From Chrysomallon squamiferum (taxonomy: Eukaryota; Animalia; Mollusca): DNA of 64,000 nt. Below are positions 36,311-54,472 of this stretch, piece by piece. Position 1 is the stretch's first letter; every line of letters begins with the position of its first letter. The stretch lies in contig CM022669.1 of the NCBI GenBank assembly GCA_012295275.1, positions 6,820,001 to 6,884,000 of the forward strand, written 5' to 3'. Made by a program: the position numbers and the translations under genes. The notes under the pieces are model-generated. The model was given only the letters and a program-made list of their open reading frames with translations. It did not search any database and was not told the origin of the DNA.

Positions 36311-37652
36311 TTCTTTCTGTCCTACATATCGTTGTGTATAATTTATAGATCAAACTAAACACACAGTTTTAAACAAGATCATATTATTTTGTGTTATGAA
36401 GCTTTACGGAAATCAATAAAGTTCACGACCTTTATTATCCTCGCATAGCAAGCGCCATCATATCCCGTGAGGCTTATTTCCGGTTTCGTCTAACTTTCAT
36501 ATCGAGTTTTTCATCAATGACGCCTGCCTTGTTTTTGTTACAAAAAACGAAACAGTGCAGAAAAAAAAAAGGAGAAAAAATACTTCAAAAGACAGCTTAA
36601 CCCATTGTCTCTCGTTGAGTAAATATAACTGCTTTCATATGCGCCAGACTGATAGGGTATTTTCGAACGATATTATTGAAATATCAACTCATTAAAATCG
36701 TATTACCGATATTTTATTTTTTTTTTTTACATTTTTGGACGAAAGCCAGTCTATTTTTATATTTGTTTTATTTTTTTATTTTTTATTTTTCTCTTCTATG
36801 TATTTATTTTAATATTATTTTTTTTAATCATTTTAGTTTTAATTTTTTATTATTACTATTTTTTTTTACGGGTGTAATATCGGCAAGTGTATAGGCGTTT
36901 TCCGTGTTTTGACCCTCGTCATTGTTGCTGCTGCATATAACAGTGACACCGATGTATTGTACCTAAAACGACCCCGTCATTCTCTGCTTTGCTGCACACT
37001 GGTGTTACTGCAATATAACAATGCAGTAACTACAGAACCCATCTATCACCTCACTCGCCTCCCTGGTTTTCTTCAGTGTTATTCCGCTCCATGTCATGAT
37101 CTTGTTTTCTACTTTAATGAACAATGGTGTGCTTTGAATCTGCTGTGCAGGTTTGAGTGTGCTGTACAAATGAATATGACAGCACAGTCGGCAAGAGCAT
37201 AAAAGTTCTTATTGCAAATATGGAAGGTAATCGAAGAATGAAGTGGTGTGATGGAGTGAGTTTCGAATCAGTGGACATTTAACAATGCGTTTTTAAACAT
37301 AATTGTGGTTATTTTAGATGGGTATCATCGCCTTCCAGTAAACAGCAAATATCGACTGACAAACCAGGTTCAAAGGGAACTGAACTTATAAATTTCTGAC
37401 TGGATCTAATTTGTGTGTGTGTGTGTGTCACTGAAGTTAAGTTAAAACTGTAGAAGGCGAAGTTACAACAGAATGCGGGTTGAATACCTATTAAAGAAAG
37501 CTGTTACTTGTGCTTAGTTTTTAATATGAATTAATTTTATTTTCAGAAAGTACAACAGATCCAGATTGCTAAGGCAAAGACCATTACCTTCAGAGCGACT
37601 GTACTAACAATCGTTTGTTTTGTCAAATGTTGTAAAACGATCATCCGAGTCC

Positions 37653-41927
<4,275 letters not shown>

Positions 41928-42957
41928 ATGAATATTTCCCAGTCATTATTGTCCCAAACTTAAAAACTTTACAAGAAAATTTTTAAAATGTAAATAATAA
42001 AATAACATTTTTATTAGATATATATTTTTTATATACGGTCTGGCATTATCATATCTCAAAAGGTAATTGAAGCGCTTTTTCACTTCGTAGTTCCAGTCAT
42101 CTGTGTGAAAGTGTTTTGTAAATTACTAAACTAAATCTGTTAAAACAGACCACTGTAAGAAATAATTTAACTAAAACAACTCTACACATTTAGACATCAA
42201 AATAGTTTCACATACATCGCTTTAAATCATTTCAGTTGGAAAATAAACATGAACGATAAAGCAGACGAAGTCAATGGACTTGAAGCAGACGGACTGAAGA
42301 TCTATAGAGTTTCATGTATCCATTGCTAAAACTAAATCCACTTTTTCAAGACATCGTATTAAGTTAAAAGAGTCGGAAGAGTTTAGCAAACTGATTTAAC
42401 TAAAACGTTTTGAATACAACACGCGTTAATACACAAACAATTCTAATCTGCATTCAGATCAGTTTCTAACAAATTTTTAGCATGTAAATATCAAAATTAA
42501 ACAAACTGCTTCCAGAAAGGAAACCAAATTTTAACATTTTTCCCTTTTTGTTCAATAAGATAATCAAAACTAGGTGATCATTTTAACTTTTTTGACCTAT
42601 GCTAATATATTGTTTCGCATATTTCACAATGAGTTTTTGTTTGGCTAATCTGTTGAGGCTTAAAAGTTTCTGACAAAGTCAGTCTTAAGCTCACGCCAGA
42701 CATATTTGTAATTTTTATTTTTATTTATTTATTTATTTACTTATTTATTTATTTATTTATAAAAAACTTATTTTTTTATTCTTTTTTTTTCTTTCGAATA
42801 TATCCTTTCAATAATTGTAATATATTTTAGTTATTTTAATTTGCTCTCTCTATAGGTAATCATTCTGTGTGGACACACATACATGTACACTTACACACTA
42901 TCATACATACAAATATATACATAAATTCCTACACATATATATAATACATATGTACAA

Positions 42958-42995
<38 letters not shown>

Positions 42996-43546
42996 ACATT
43001 TATATACATACATACATACACACACAAATACATACAATACATACACACAGTAACACAAACACACAGACTGAAGATTAGAAATTACTTATCCAAAATGTTA
43101 CGTGTATGAATGTTTTGCTACGTTGGTATGATATGTGTTGTCATTCTAGTACACTGAATAAATCGCTGTATTTTTAATGTTATAATATAATGATATTTGT
43201 CTCTTAATAAGAATGCGTGCATGAATGCAGTCTAGTATTTTTCATCAGTAAATGCAATGCATAATTTTGATGCTTAAATGTAAATTTCAAACTGGAAGCC
43301 GCGATAAGAATTTTTCAATTTCAAAACAAGCTTAGCAAAATGACTTTATTGATTTTAATTCATGAAGAATTTATATATTTTATATATTCTAAAGACCAAC
43401 GATATTAATTGATTTGAAGGTTAATATTTCGATTCTGTCGATTGATTTCAAAATGTGCCATAACTGCCATGACAAAGCCTTCTAGTTAAATTTTCAGTAA
43501 GATTTACAAATTCTAGAGGTAATTATTTTAAAACTATGTTGTTATA

Positions 43547-43578
<32 letters not shown>

Positions 43579-44664
43579 TTATTATTAATTTTTATTTGTT
43601 TTGAACTTTTGTTACGTTTCATATTTTGGATTGCGAAAAGTCTACAGTAATACATTTCTGTTTCTTCTTTTATTTATTATTTTAAAATAAAAATAAAAAT
43701 ATTAATAAAAATATAAATACGATAGGTGTATAACTGAGGAAACATTGTCTAATATATACATATATTCATATATATATAAAATGTTTAGCATATCTGTGAT
43801 ATAGTATGTGTTACATTTCTTTATCGACACATATGCTTTTAGGTCAGTAACATTTGTGTATGTATTTTGTAGTTAGAAATATATATTTAAATTATGTCAT
43901 CACGTTTATATTTATAAATATTTATATGAAATCAAACTGTGCTTCTCATTGTTAGGAAATGTGTATAATTGATATATAAAGTTGTTTTATTATTTACACA
44001 TGCACACACAGACACACATATGAACATATATATGAACACATATGCATCACTCGCTCTCTGTTTCTCAAAAGAAATAATAAAAGGCAAAACAATTATTAAA
44101 TTTTAATGTAATTTACTCTCACTGTATATTATTTTAACAAAAACAATTAATTGCACATTGACGGCTATCTATTTAAAACTGAGTCAGTCTTAGTGGACTT
44201 TTTGTAATGACAGCGTAAACAACAGTATCCCGTATGTCCACTAACGAGTGTGTTAAATTTCAGTTCTTCTTAACTCTGGGTATAAATCATTACAAACAGA
44301 CTCATTTGTTTTTGTTTCTATTTATTTATTTTATTATCATTTTCTTTCTTCCTACGTCATATCAGTGAAAGAAACATTTTAATTACAACTGTTAAATTCT
44401 GCTTCCCTTTATGTAGCATTCACACATAAAAAAGTTTTATATATACTTGAAAAATAAAGATCTTAATTCTTTTTTTGTCGTGTGTTTTGTGTTATGTGAA
44501 ATATCTTACCATTTATTGCAGCCATTAATGTGAAAAACAGTAAGAAAAAGCAACATCCAAACCTTTCAGGGAAAGTAATATCAGTAATCAACATTTGTCT
44601 TTGTTAAACAGATCGGAATGTGGCTTTAGAGAGTCAGCTTAGTAGTTACTGATGTACTGGATCA

Positions 44665-44695
<31 letters not shown>

Positions 44696-45036
44696 TTAGT
44701 AATAATAATAACAATGACAACAGCATTAATAATATTAGAAATAATAATAATAATTTCAATAACAGAAGTCGATGTTGTCTGGTGTGATAGAGAAAGAACC
44801 TAAGAAGCCACGAAAGATATTAGACTCAAAGTTGTTTGATGTGTCTTTTATTTTCTGGACATTATGTTATGGGTTGTGCTTTCAGTGAAAACAAGAAATA
44901 TGTGAACGTGTATACGGAGTCACGCACTGATGTGATAGGTAACAATTTATTATGAATATTTACCCTTAGGTTTTTATTTACATAATTTACATAAACATAC
45001 ACACACATAAGTATACATACATACATACAGACATAC

Positions 45037-45210
45037 ATGATTATGTAAATGCATTCATACATACATAGATACATATATACTGAAAGAAAAACGGTCATAG
45101 AGATAGATATATATACATAAATACATCTATGATTATGTAAATACATTCAAACATACATAGATACATATATACTGAAAGACAAACGGTAACAGAGATAGAC
45201 ATATATACAT
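45037..45210. repeat. Tandem duplication with ~92-bp period
   Basis: ATGATTATGTAAAT.CATTCA.ACATACATAGATACATATATACTGAAAGA.AAACGGT.A.AGAGATAGA twice (45037, 45129). Confidence 0.85.
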
Positions 45211-45841
45211 ATATATATACATACATAAACACATTCTGCATATTTATAGACATTATACAAATATACATACGTACACAGTTGAACATCTCTCTCTGAGATA
45301 TACACACATTCATGTCAAATGCTACTTGCACAGGACTGATCAGCTACTCAAACAAGAATCTGTGAGTCTGTTACAGAGAGTTGCTAAGTTCGACTCTTCG
45401 CAGGAGAATCCAGTCAGGGCCTGTCTAGTGAAACTAATTCTTGATCTCAGAGATTTGTGAAATTCAAGTCGCTAATGGTGGCAGAGTCACGATATTAGTC
45501 TGTGTGAGCGAACATCGAGCGTGAATATTTCTGTCTGTCGTATCTATTTTTATTTTATTTTATTTATTTATTTTTTATTTATTTATTTTTTTTTTTTTTT
45601 TTTGGCATTTGTGATTTCGATTTTGCTTTTTTATATGTTTGTTTATTGATTTATTTTGTTTTCCCATGTTAAATCCTATTTATTATTTTCGTTGTTGATG
45701 AGAACTTCAATTTTAGTATCATTTTTTGTTTGTCGTCAGCTGGTTTATTTTCTATATCAGTAACCTTTAACTTTTGTAAAGTAATGAAACTTACTTATTA
45801 TTGCTTGTTGTTGTTGTTGTTGTTGCTATTTTTGCAGGTGC

Positions 45842-45886
<45 letters not shown>

Positions 45887-47116
45887 TTGTTTTCTTCTTT
45901 AGAGTAACAGTCTAATTTATATTTTAATGTATTTCTCAAAACGAGAAAGAGTGATAAATTTATAACATAAAAAGATTAAGCTTTACTCTTTAAGACAGAC
46001 CGGAAAACGGAGGAAATTATCAGAAACGCACGAATGACGGTGAATGTCGTAACAAATCAAGCAAGAGATACGCCAAAATGGTTTTCTTGTTTCACAGCCG
46101 CGAAGTAATAACAGCTGAATTTTACGACAAGTACATTTTGGAAATTTTCTTTCTTTACGAATATAAACTTTCATGTTAAATAAACTATACGGTTATAATA
46201 AGAATATATCAAGTTTGTTTGTGATATACAGAGATAAAAAAGAAAGCAATAAAAAATAATCATAAAAGTTAACAATAATAACACACCAACAAGAATAAAG
46301 AACAACGGTAGAAAACAAATAACAGTAATTATAATAATAATAAAAACAGCAACAGCAACAACAACAACAGCAATAGCAACAGCGACAACACCAACAACGT
46401 CAACAACAATAATAATAATAATAATATCAGTGACAACAACACCAAGAAAGGACTGTTCTCTTCTTACAAAAATCAATTCTTGCTGAATCACGTACGCAAC
46501 AAAGAAAGAAAATTTATCTAAATTTTCTATTCAAGATTTTGAAACTTTAACTTAAGATAACGTATATTTATTGTTGATCTATGATACCGGAAAATAAACA
46601 AGATCACAAAGCTACAAAAGATAGCAGTGAAAGTTCACTTACACCTTGCATGTCTAACTCTACTTATATCTGAGATGTGATTCCGTCAGTCCAAGATTAA
46701 TATTTTATACAGCAAACAGTTTCTTCAAGGGGGTAGAAGATGAAACGCTTGATGGATCGGTGAAGGCCGAAGATTCTGTTTTCATGTTGTGGGGTATTTT
46801 ATCTTCGATCTCGTCCACCTGGAGATTTTGTAGGTTATAAACATTTTAATCACACACGAAAATCGGTGGACGAGAGACCATATTTTCATTATTTGTGCTG
46901 GTCACTTCTGTTTTACAGCAAACCGAAAGTTCAAGGTGAAGAAATATTTATAATAACTGAATAGCGTAGTTATATCAATGAATAGTGAATGTTTCTGATT
47001 AATAAATATTTTTTAACAATATGTTAAAATAGCTTAATAAGTTTATCAGTGGTTAATACAGAGGGATCATTTTATTTGGGATGATAGGAGCGACAAAACC
47101 TACAGACGATACTTTT

Positions 47117-47129
47117 GTTGCTAAGCAAC
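47117..47129. promoter_or_regulatory. RFX X-box candidate GTTGCTAAGCAAC upstream of gene B
   Basis: 13-bp palindromic X-box; a second half-site ATTGCATGGCAAC at 47399-47411; donor GTAAGT at 47464; acceptor of the ATG exon ends at 48019. Confidence 0.55.
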
Positions 47130-47907
47130 AATGGATTTTTCAAGTGCATTATCTCATGGCATTTTATAAATTAGACCCAGAGCACTTGTTGGAATTTAAA
47201 ATACTAAAACAGATGTCGAATCGCGTCACTATATTATTTATCAGAAAGTCGTCTGCTTGAAATAAAAGCCACCCGCCAGTGTTAAAAATAGTAATAAAAA
47301 ATAATAATAAAAAAACAACAATAAAAAAAAAAAAAACACCATTTCAAAACCAATCCGACTGTATCGTCTGGTCACGCATTATGCTGTCAAAAACAAGCAT
47401 TGCATGGCAACTAAATATCTAATTATAGCTAATGTCTGACAGTGGCACGAACCACCACACGAAGTAAGTGTATAGGGTTTGTTGAAGAAAAAGGAAAAGT
47501 TGTAAGTAGCAAAATTATGTTTTTCTTTTTTCTTAAATTGTGTTACTTAAGAATATCAGTTAAACAGTATGATACTTTATTGAGAAAACATTTATGAGGG
47601 AATATTTTCCAAAAGTCATTTCATTTCATTAAATTCGCCCTCGTGTTCATAAACAAAAGTTCATGTTATCTAAAAACCCAGATATATTTTTTTTACATTC
47701 ATTTCTTGAAAATGTAAATAAGTGAAATGTAATGATACGTTTCATCGATAATATTAATATAAAATGCAAACATATAGCACTAAACGATTTTAGAATGTAA
47801 ATCTGAGTTTGGGACCGTGTAGATTATAAACTCTTACATCTTATCATTCTATAATTAATATTAATAATTTATTTTTAACATTATAATTCTTCTTCTTCTT
47901 CTTCTTC

Positions 47908-47939
<32 letters not shown>

Positions 47940-48083
47940 TCATCATCATCATCATCATAATTATTAATATTGTTGTTGCTGCTGCTGTTATTATTATTAC
48001 TATAATTATGTTTTTGTAGGTTAACTAACTATATATTATGCTACGGACTAAATTTAATTCAGAGTCCTAACATCTCGTACACA

Positions 48084-48641
48084 ATGGGGTGTATGAATAC
48101 TCGGATGGAGCCGAGTGTAGCCGATCTAGAAGCAGAAATAGATGCGGTATGACTTCTCATATTTTTAAATTTCAAAATGAATTCGCCCTACGCTTGGCTG
48201 CATGTGCGTGAGGTGTTCGTATGCGTGTCGCATGTGTGTGTGTTAGTGAGTGTTTTTTTTTTTGAGTGCGTATGAGTGTTATTTTATTATCTGATTTGGT
48301 ATAGATTTTAATGCTAGTCACATTATTCTTTAACTGACATTAATTTTTTTTAATTTTTTTTTTTATATATTTTTTTATATATATTTATATATATATATAT
48401 ATTTTATTTTTTTATTTTTTTTATTTATATTATTTTATTTTATTTTATTTTATTTTTATTTGTTTGTTTATTATTTTATTTTTTTTTATTTATTTATTTA
48501 TATTATTTTATTTTATTTTTTTTTTATTTTATTTTTTATTTTTATTTTATTTTATTTATTTATTTATTTTATTTTATTTTATTTTATTTTATTTTATTTA
48601 TTTTATTTATTTTTATTTTATTTTATTTTATTTTATTTATT

Positions 48642-48680
<39 letters not shown>

Positions 48681-50005
48681 TTTTATTTTATTTATTTTTT
48701 TTTTTTTTTTTTTTATTTTTTTTTTTTATTTTATTTTTTTTTTTTTTTTTTTTTTATTATATATATTTTATTTTACAACTTGTTTAGTTACAAATTCCAT
48801 GGACTGAAGACGGCTACCCGCCAGCGAAACCTCCACGTACCAAGTCCAGAGATGTCTTCAAGGCGGAGAATTACGAAGACATAGACAAGCGAGCTCGTTC
48901 GGTGAGTATTATCAGGCGAGCTAGAGCGGTGAGTGTAATCAGGCGAGCTAGAGCGGTGAGTATTATCAGGCGAGCTAGAGCGGTGAGTGTAATCAGGCGA
49001 GCTAGAGCGGTGAGTGTAATCAGGCGAGCTAGAGCGGTGAGTATTATCAGGCGAGCTAGAGCGGTTAGTATTATCAGGCGAGCTGAGCGGTGAGTGTTAT
49101 GGAGCGGTGAGTGTTATCAGGCTGTAGAGTGATGACGATGGTAAGAATTTTCTACATACTAGTCTACGAGTGTTTCGTGATTGCTTTTATATTTTGCCAA
49201 TAAAATAAGTATATCAGCTATTTCTACCTTTACTACCACATCTGTTATGTTTTCTCTACTAATGGAATTACTACTATACTACCGGTGCTACCACAAGTGC
49301 CACTGTTACTAGTACTAATTCTACTATTATATGTACAGCTACTACTATAAAACTATAATGCAGTTCTACAACTATTCCTTGTATTATTCTACTACCATCA
49401 TTATAATCAAACCCACTTCTAAACAACTATTATTAATATTATTGCTACTATAATTTCTACTCTTAATACTACTATTTTTGCTGCTACTAATGCATGTGTT
49501 ACTACTACAAGCTTTGCTACTACTTTTTATTTCAGACCCCAGAATCCAAAACTAAAACTTACAGTAGACTAGTCAGCTACCTAACTAAAGGTTGTACAAC
49601 AGAAATGCAGAAACTTCGATCAATCTTCATATGGATGGGTTCTCAGCAGAACACAATTCAAAATGGAGACTTTAGTCACGTGACAGATCTGCACACGCCG
49701 ATTGGCTACATGAAGCTTATGCACGAAAGAAAAGGAAACAACTCGGCCTTTCTGGCTTTGCTCTGCAGGTAAATAAATATTTATAGTTATATTTAAATAA
49801 CCCTCGGTCTATATGTTTCAGCAATTCTGAATCAATCGATATTGTAAGATATTTTGAGATGTCATGTTTTATTAATTATTTAATTGAGTAAGTAAGTAAG
49901 AAAGAAAAAAAAAACGCAAAAAGAATAATTATAATAAACTGGAATTATAATAGCGACAATGACGATATTAATGACAATAATAACAACAACAACAACAACA
50001 ACAAC

Positions 50006-50042
<37 letters not shown>

Positions 50043-52198
50043 CATGGAATACATAAAAAGAATACGTTGAAAACGATGATAAGCTAATAAATACATAAAA
50101 TCTATTTATAGAGAGGCCAAATTGCCGTGTGTTATTGTGTATGGAATATCAAAAAGCTACGACTACGAGGTTGGCGACAGAGACATTTACCACCTGAGAA
50201 ACTGCTGGAACGCCGTGTACGTCGACCGAGAATGGCGTCTTATTCATCCTCTGTGGGCTTTTCGTAAAATCAAGGGCTTCAGTACAGGACGCTGGCAGAT
50301 TACTCAGGATCCTCAACGAAAAATCAAAGGGACATCACTCGACACAAAACCAGAGGAAGTAAAAACTGTGGACGATTTCTACTTCCTCGCTGAACCGGAA
50401 GAATTTATACACATGTGCAAGCCTGCAGCAGATATGTCGAAATGGCAGCTGCTTCCAAATCCGTGGTCGTTTGAGAAATTTGTGCACGCGCCAGTTTTTA
50501 GGCAGACGTATTTCAGTTACAAACTGAAACTCGTTAATCAGAATAGTTGCATTCTCATCACATCCGCGGACGGAACGACGGACATTCAGTTCGAGGACGA
50601 AGAGGACCCGGAACTGACGTTTACTCACGAATTTTTTTTTGACAAAGAAGCGTCGTTCAACGATTTACCGATCGGAATCACTCTGGAAAAATACTGTCTG
50701 ATCAATCGCAAACAAACCAAAGTGTCCTTTCACATCAGATGTCCAGTGTCAGGAATCTACAAGCTGCGCATATACTGTGGAATACCCAACTGCACAACGT
50801 CTGTGATTTTCGGATAGAATGCAACGTGCCGGTCCATGATGTCAAACATTACCCCTTAATCCGGGCCATTTCATTTGGATTTACCCAGAATGCAATTGAG
50901 AAAGGACTCGATTATCCATCCGACTATGGCGGTATTCTAAAGCTGCAACCAGGTCAGGGCAAAATTTTCACGTTTGGGATGACTGTTGACGTTGACGTCA
51001 GGTCCGTCCTCGTTCACAACTCGAGAAAGCTGGAAGAGACGAAGCGTTACGTGGTGACCAGGAAAAGACAGCGGGAATTTGACTCTGTGGAAAAAGCTTA
51101 CGTCAACGTCTACGTCAATCTGCCGCTCTCAGACGACGTTGAAGAATACGGCCTTCACATTTACACACGACGAAAAGATTCGTCCGAAAAATTCGCAAAT
51201 GCTGTTAATTATTTACTCATTATGGACAAAATACCAGTGGAAGTTCCGAATGGAACTGTCAAGAGAAAAGAGGTAAAAGTAATGTGTTAAGTAAAATATC
51301 TTTACACTGTATTTCGTTTAATTTTTTCAATTATTTTATTTTATTTCATTTATTTTTTTTTTTTTTTTTTTAATGACTATTGATCATTTATTCGTTAAAA
51401 TTCTAAACATTCATGGATATATCATAGACACTTAGATATTTTCTTTGTATGCAGCTAATATTCATTTATTAATTTATTCTTTCCAGAAACCATTCATTCG
51501 AGAAATACACGAACGCTTACGCACTGCTGTTCGCAAATCAAACCCAGACATTGAAGAGTTGGAACTGGCTATTCAGAGAGCCGAAAGGGTTAATTTCGAA
51601 GACAAAGAAATTGTATCAGAAGCCAAGGATATCCTAACAGAGGCCAGGAACAAGAGAGAAAAACTAGTCTTGGAAAGAGGTGAATGAACGAAAAAATCAA
51701 ATGATTAACGAAGAATATAAAAAAAAAACGAATTAATGAAAGTATTTTAACTAAACTTAATATTGCCTTAAGTACGGATATTAGAAAAGGATAATTCATG
51801 AGTTTACAGTTATAATGTAAGAAACGAAAACTATTACTAATATTTTGTACGTCAGCAGTTACAACGGCATATATCACAATAATACTGCTGCTACAACTAC
51901 TACCACTTCTCTACTACTACTAGTACTACTACTACCACTTATCCTACTACTATTAGTACTACTGCTACTACCACTTATCCTACTACTACTAGTACTACTA
52001 CTACCACTTATCCTACTACTACTAGTACTACTACTACCACTTATCCTACTACTACTAGTACTACTACTACCACTTATCCTACTACTACTAGTACTACTAC
52101 TACTACCACTGCTACTACTGTTACTACTAATAATAAGAACAAGAACCACAATAACAGCATCCAAAACGTCAACAACAAAAACAACACAACTTTGATGT

Positions 52199-52266
<68 letters not shown>

Positions 52267-53756
52267 CAATAGATTTGCGATTGGCCATAATACGAAGAAA
52301 TGAAGAATTCTTGGACAGGGTTCTGGCTCGAGTTCAGGACGTTCAGTTTGACCATCATCTCGAGTACCTCATCACCGACGCTCTGGACGTCAGAGATCAA
52401 CTACGACGTCTCAAACTCTTCCTTCACGACGTCTTGCAAGTCACTCAGCCAACCATCTCAGAAATCCACAACTACTTGCATCCAAGAGAAGCCATACATG
52501 ACATCATGATGGCCATTTTCTTGATTCTCGGCGAGGACGAAGCAAAACTGAAAGTAATTTTATTTTATGTTATTTTATTTTATTTCCCCAAGCTAAAAGA
52601 ACATGTTTATCGTAGTAAGTTGTACAGTAATATAAAAAAATCAATAGTTTCTCCATTCTGTATCTGTGTTATTTGGTCTGAATGGGTTGCTAATTATTTT
52701 GTAGAATGTATTGTTATATTAGCAGAGACATATTTTAATTTTGGATACCATATAGTGGTATCTTTATAAACTGATGTTTAATCAGGAAGAATTTTAAATA
52801 AAATTAAATATAATATCATAGTTTTCTCTCTTCTTCATTTTCTACTTCTTCTTCTTTTTCTTCTTCTTCTTCTTCTCCTCCTCCTCCTCCTCCTCCTCCT
52901 CCTAAATAAAGACATTAAAATGTTTTGAATATATAAAAAATTAATTTCAACAGAAATGGGAATACGTTCAACATTTAATGAGGCAGGTTGGACGTAACAG
53001 TCTTATATCGCGTCTAAAACGGTTTGACGTCACTAACGTTGACATGGACAATGTTGAACGAGCTCATCGAATAATCGATCACTATAACGCCGAGACAGCG
53101 CATGACGTCAGCGTTGGTGTGGAGATATTTTATAAATGGGTGAGCGCAGAGATGACGTCACTGGTTCTATTTAAATACAAATTTTTCTGTATAGTGAGCC
53201 ATCATTAAAGCTGATTTCACTATATAAAATAGTTAAATGTTCGGAATGTTAAATGACATGCATGATATACGTGTAGTGACTGTCTATAAAACTGTATAAT
53301 TGTAAATACAAATACTTTAAATCACTGTAGCAGTAACTAGGATTTTAAAAATCATGTATGTTTATCGTGAAATGAATTACTTAATATAAGGCTTCTGAAA
53401 AGTCAAAAAGGAACATATACATATATGCAAACCGTCTATAGACATTATTTTTCATCATGTTACAAAGGCATATACATTCCATCAGATGCACACAAATACA
53501 TGTTTAAATGCACTCTAATTGTATATGGGCATTTTGTTCTATTTTATTTTATTTTATTTCCATTTTATTTATTTACTTATTTATTTATTTATTTATTTAT
53601 TTATTATTTGCATTTGCATTTTCATTTGTATTTCAGGCTCAGAATGTTATCGTGGAGTTAACTGTCACGTCTAACAATGAAATTCAAAAACGGAAGGGAA
53701 GACGGGAACGCGCCGAGGAAGATGCTCACATGAACGATTTGCTCAGACATGCGTAG
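48084..53756 (+). CDS. Gene B: hillarin/ltd-1/KY-like transglutaminase-fold protein with N-terminal MGC motif and C-terminal dynein MTBD-like domain (~783 aa); 1-nt frameshift near 50783
   Basis: Exons 48084-48146 (MGCMNT...), 48788-48901 (LQIPWTEDGYPPAKPP...), 49536-49768 (...KLRSIFIWMG...TPIGYMKLM...FLALLCR), 50112-51272 (LPCVIVYGISKS...RNCWNAVYVDREWRLIHPLW...DDFYFLAEPEEFI...WQLL...), 51487-51679, 52273-52553, 52954-53139, 53637-53756. Motifs WNAVYV, D-x-YFL-x-x-P and WQLL, and the following beta-rich repeats (P-x-x-G-x-YKL-x-IY), are those of the KY/hillarin family. Track ORFs 50122-50817 and 50739-51290 are two frames of one exon. Confidence 0.88.
48340..48775. repeat. Almost pure T/A tract ((TTTA)n/(TTTTA)n) in intron 1 of gene B
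   Basis: About 430 bp nearly devoid of C and G. Confidence 0.9.
48902..49130 (+). repeat. 27-bp tandem repeat (6 full units, one 26-bp unit, plus remnants) that reiterates the exon 2 splice donor of gene B
   Basis: Unit GTGAGT(AT/GT)(T/A)ATCAGGCGAGCTAGAGCG starting at 48902, 48929, 48956, 48983, 49010, 49037 and 49064. Confidence 0.95.
51895..52125. repeat. 33-bp (CTA)-derived minisatellite in an intron of gene B
   Basis: Unit CTACTAGTACTACTACTACCACTTATCCTACTA, about 5-6 copies. Confidence 0.9.
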
Positions 53757-54369
53757 TCAGATACTTCCTGTGAGATTAGTAACTCCGAACTTAACCTCAA
53801 ACACACTGATTACATTAATAGAAAAACTTGAATCTCTCTTTTTTTATAAATATAAATATTAATAATAATGCAGCAGAATGTCGTTTAAAAAAAAAAATAA
53901 TAATAATAATAAAAAAATAAATTTTTTTACAAACCCCAAAAAAGAAACATTAACTGCTATCGTCAAGAGGAACATTCTGAAAAAATTCATTAGTCATTAC
54001 TACATTTACCTGCAAGTTAAACCTTGATCTATAAGATAGTTGTAAATTTAAATAACTATAAAAAAAAAAAATTGATTTATATGTAGTTTAACAAAAGTAT
54101 ATGTAAATTCAAATCTAACAAAGGATGAAAATGTAAATTACATCACAAGTGTAATATCAATTTTAAAAAGAGCATCCCATTGCTGCTAAATTTTGGTATT
54201 TTCAGTAACCAATGATAAATTGTGATAAATGTTTTTCTTTAATACAGGAATTGAAATAAAACATAACCAGGCACACAATAATAGCAGTTCTCATCAACAA
54301 ATCATATTTATGTATATTTACTGAAAACGAATAAATATTTCTATATAAAAAAGAAGTATTGGTTATCGT

Positions 54370-54472
<103 letters not shown>

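Noticed and set aside
45340-45480. tRNA/SINE-like words (GTTCGACTC B-box; also AGCTCAATCGGTTAG near 2880)
   Set aside because: No cloverleaf could be folded; at most degenerate SINE remnants that cannot be supported without a repeat library.
48902-49130. CRISPR-like appearance of the 27-bp array (also 33910-34440)
   Set aside because: Head-to-tail units with no unique spacers, no cas genes, and a eukaryotic intron/intergenic context.
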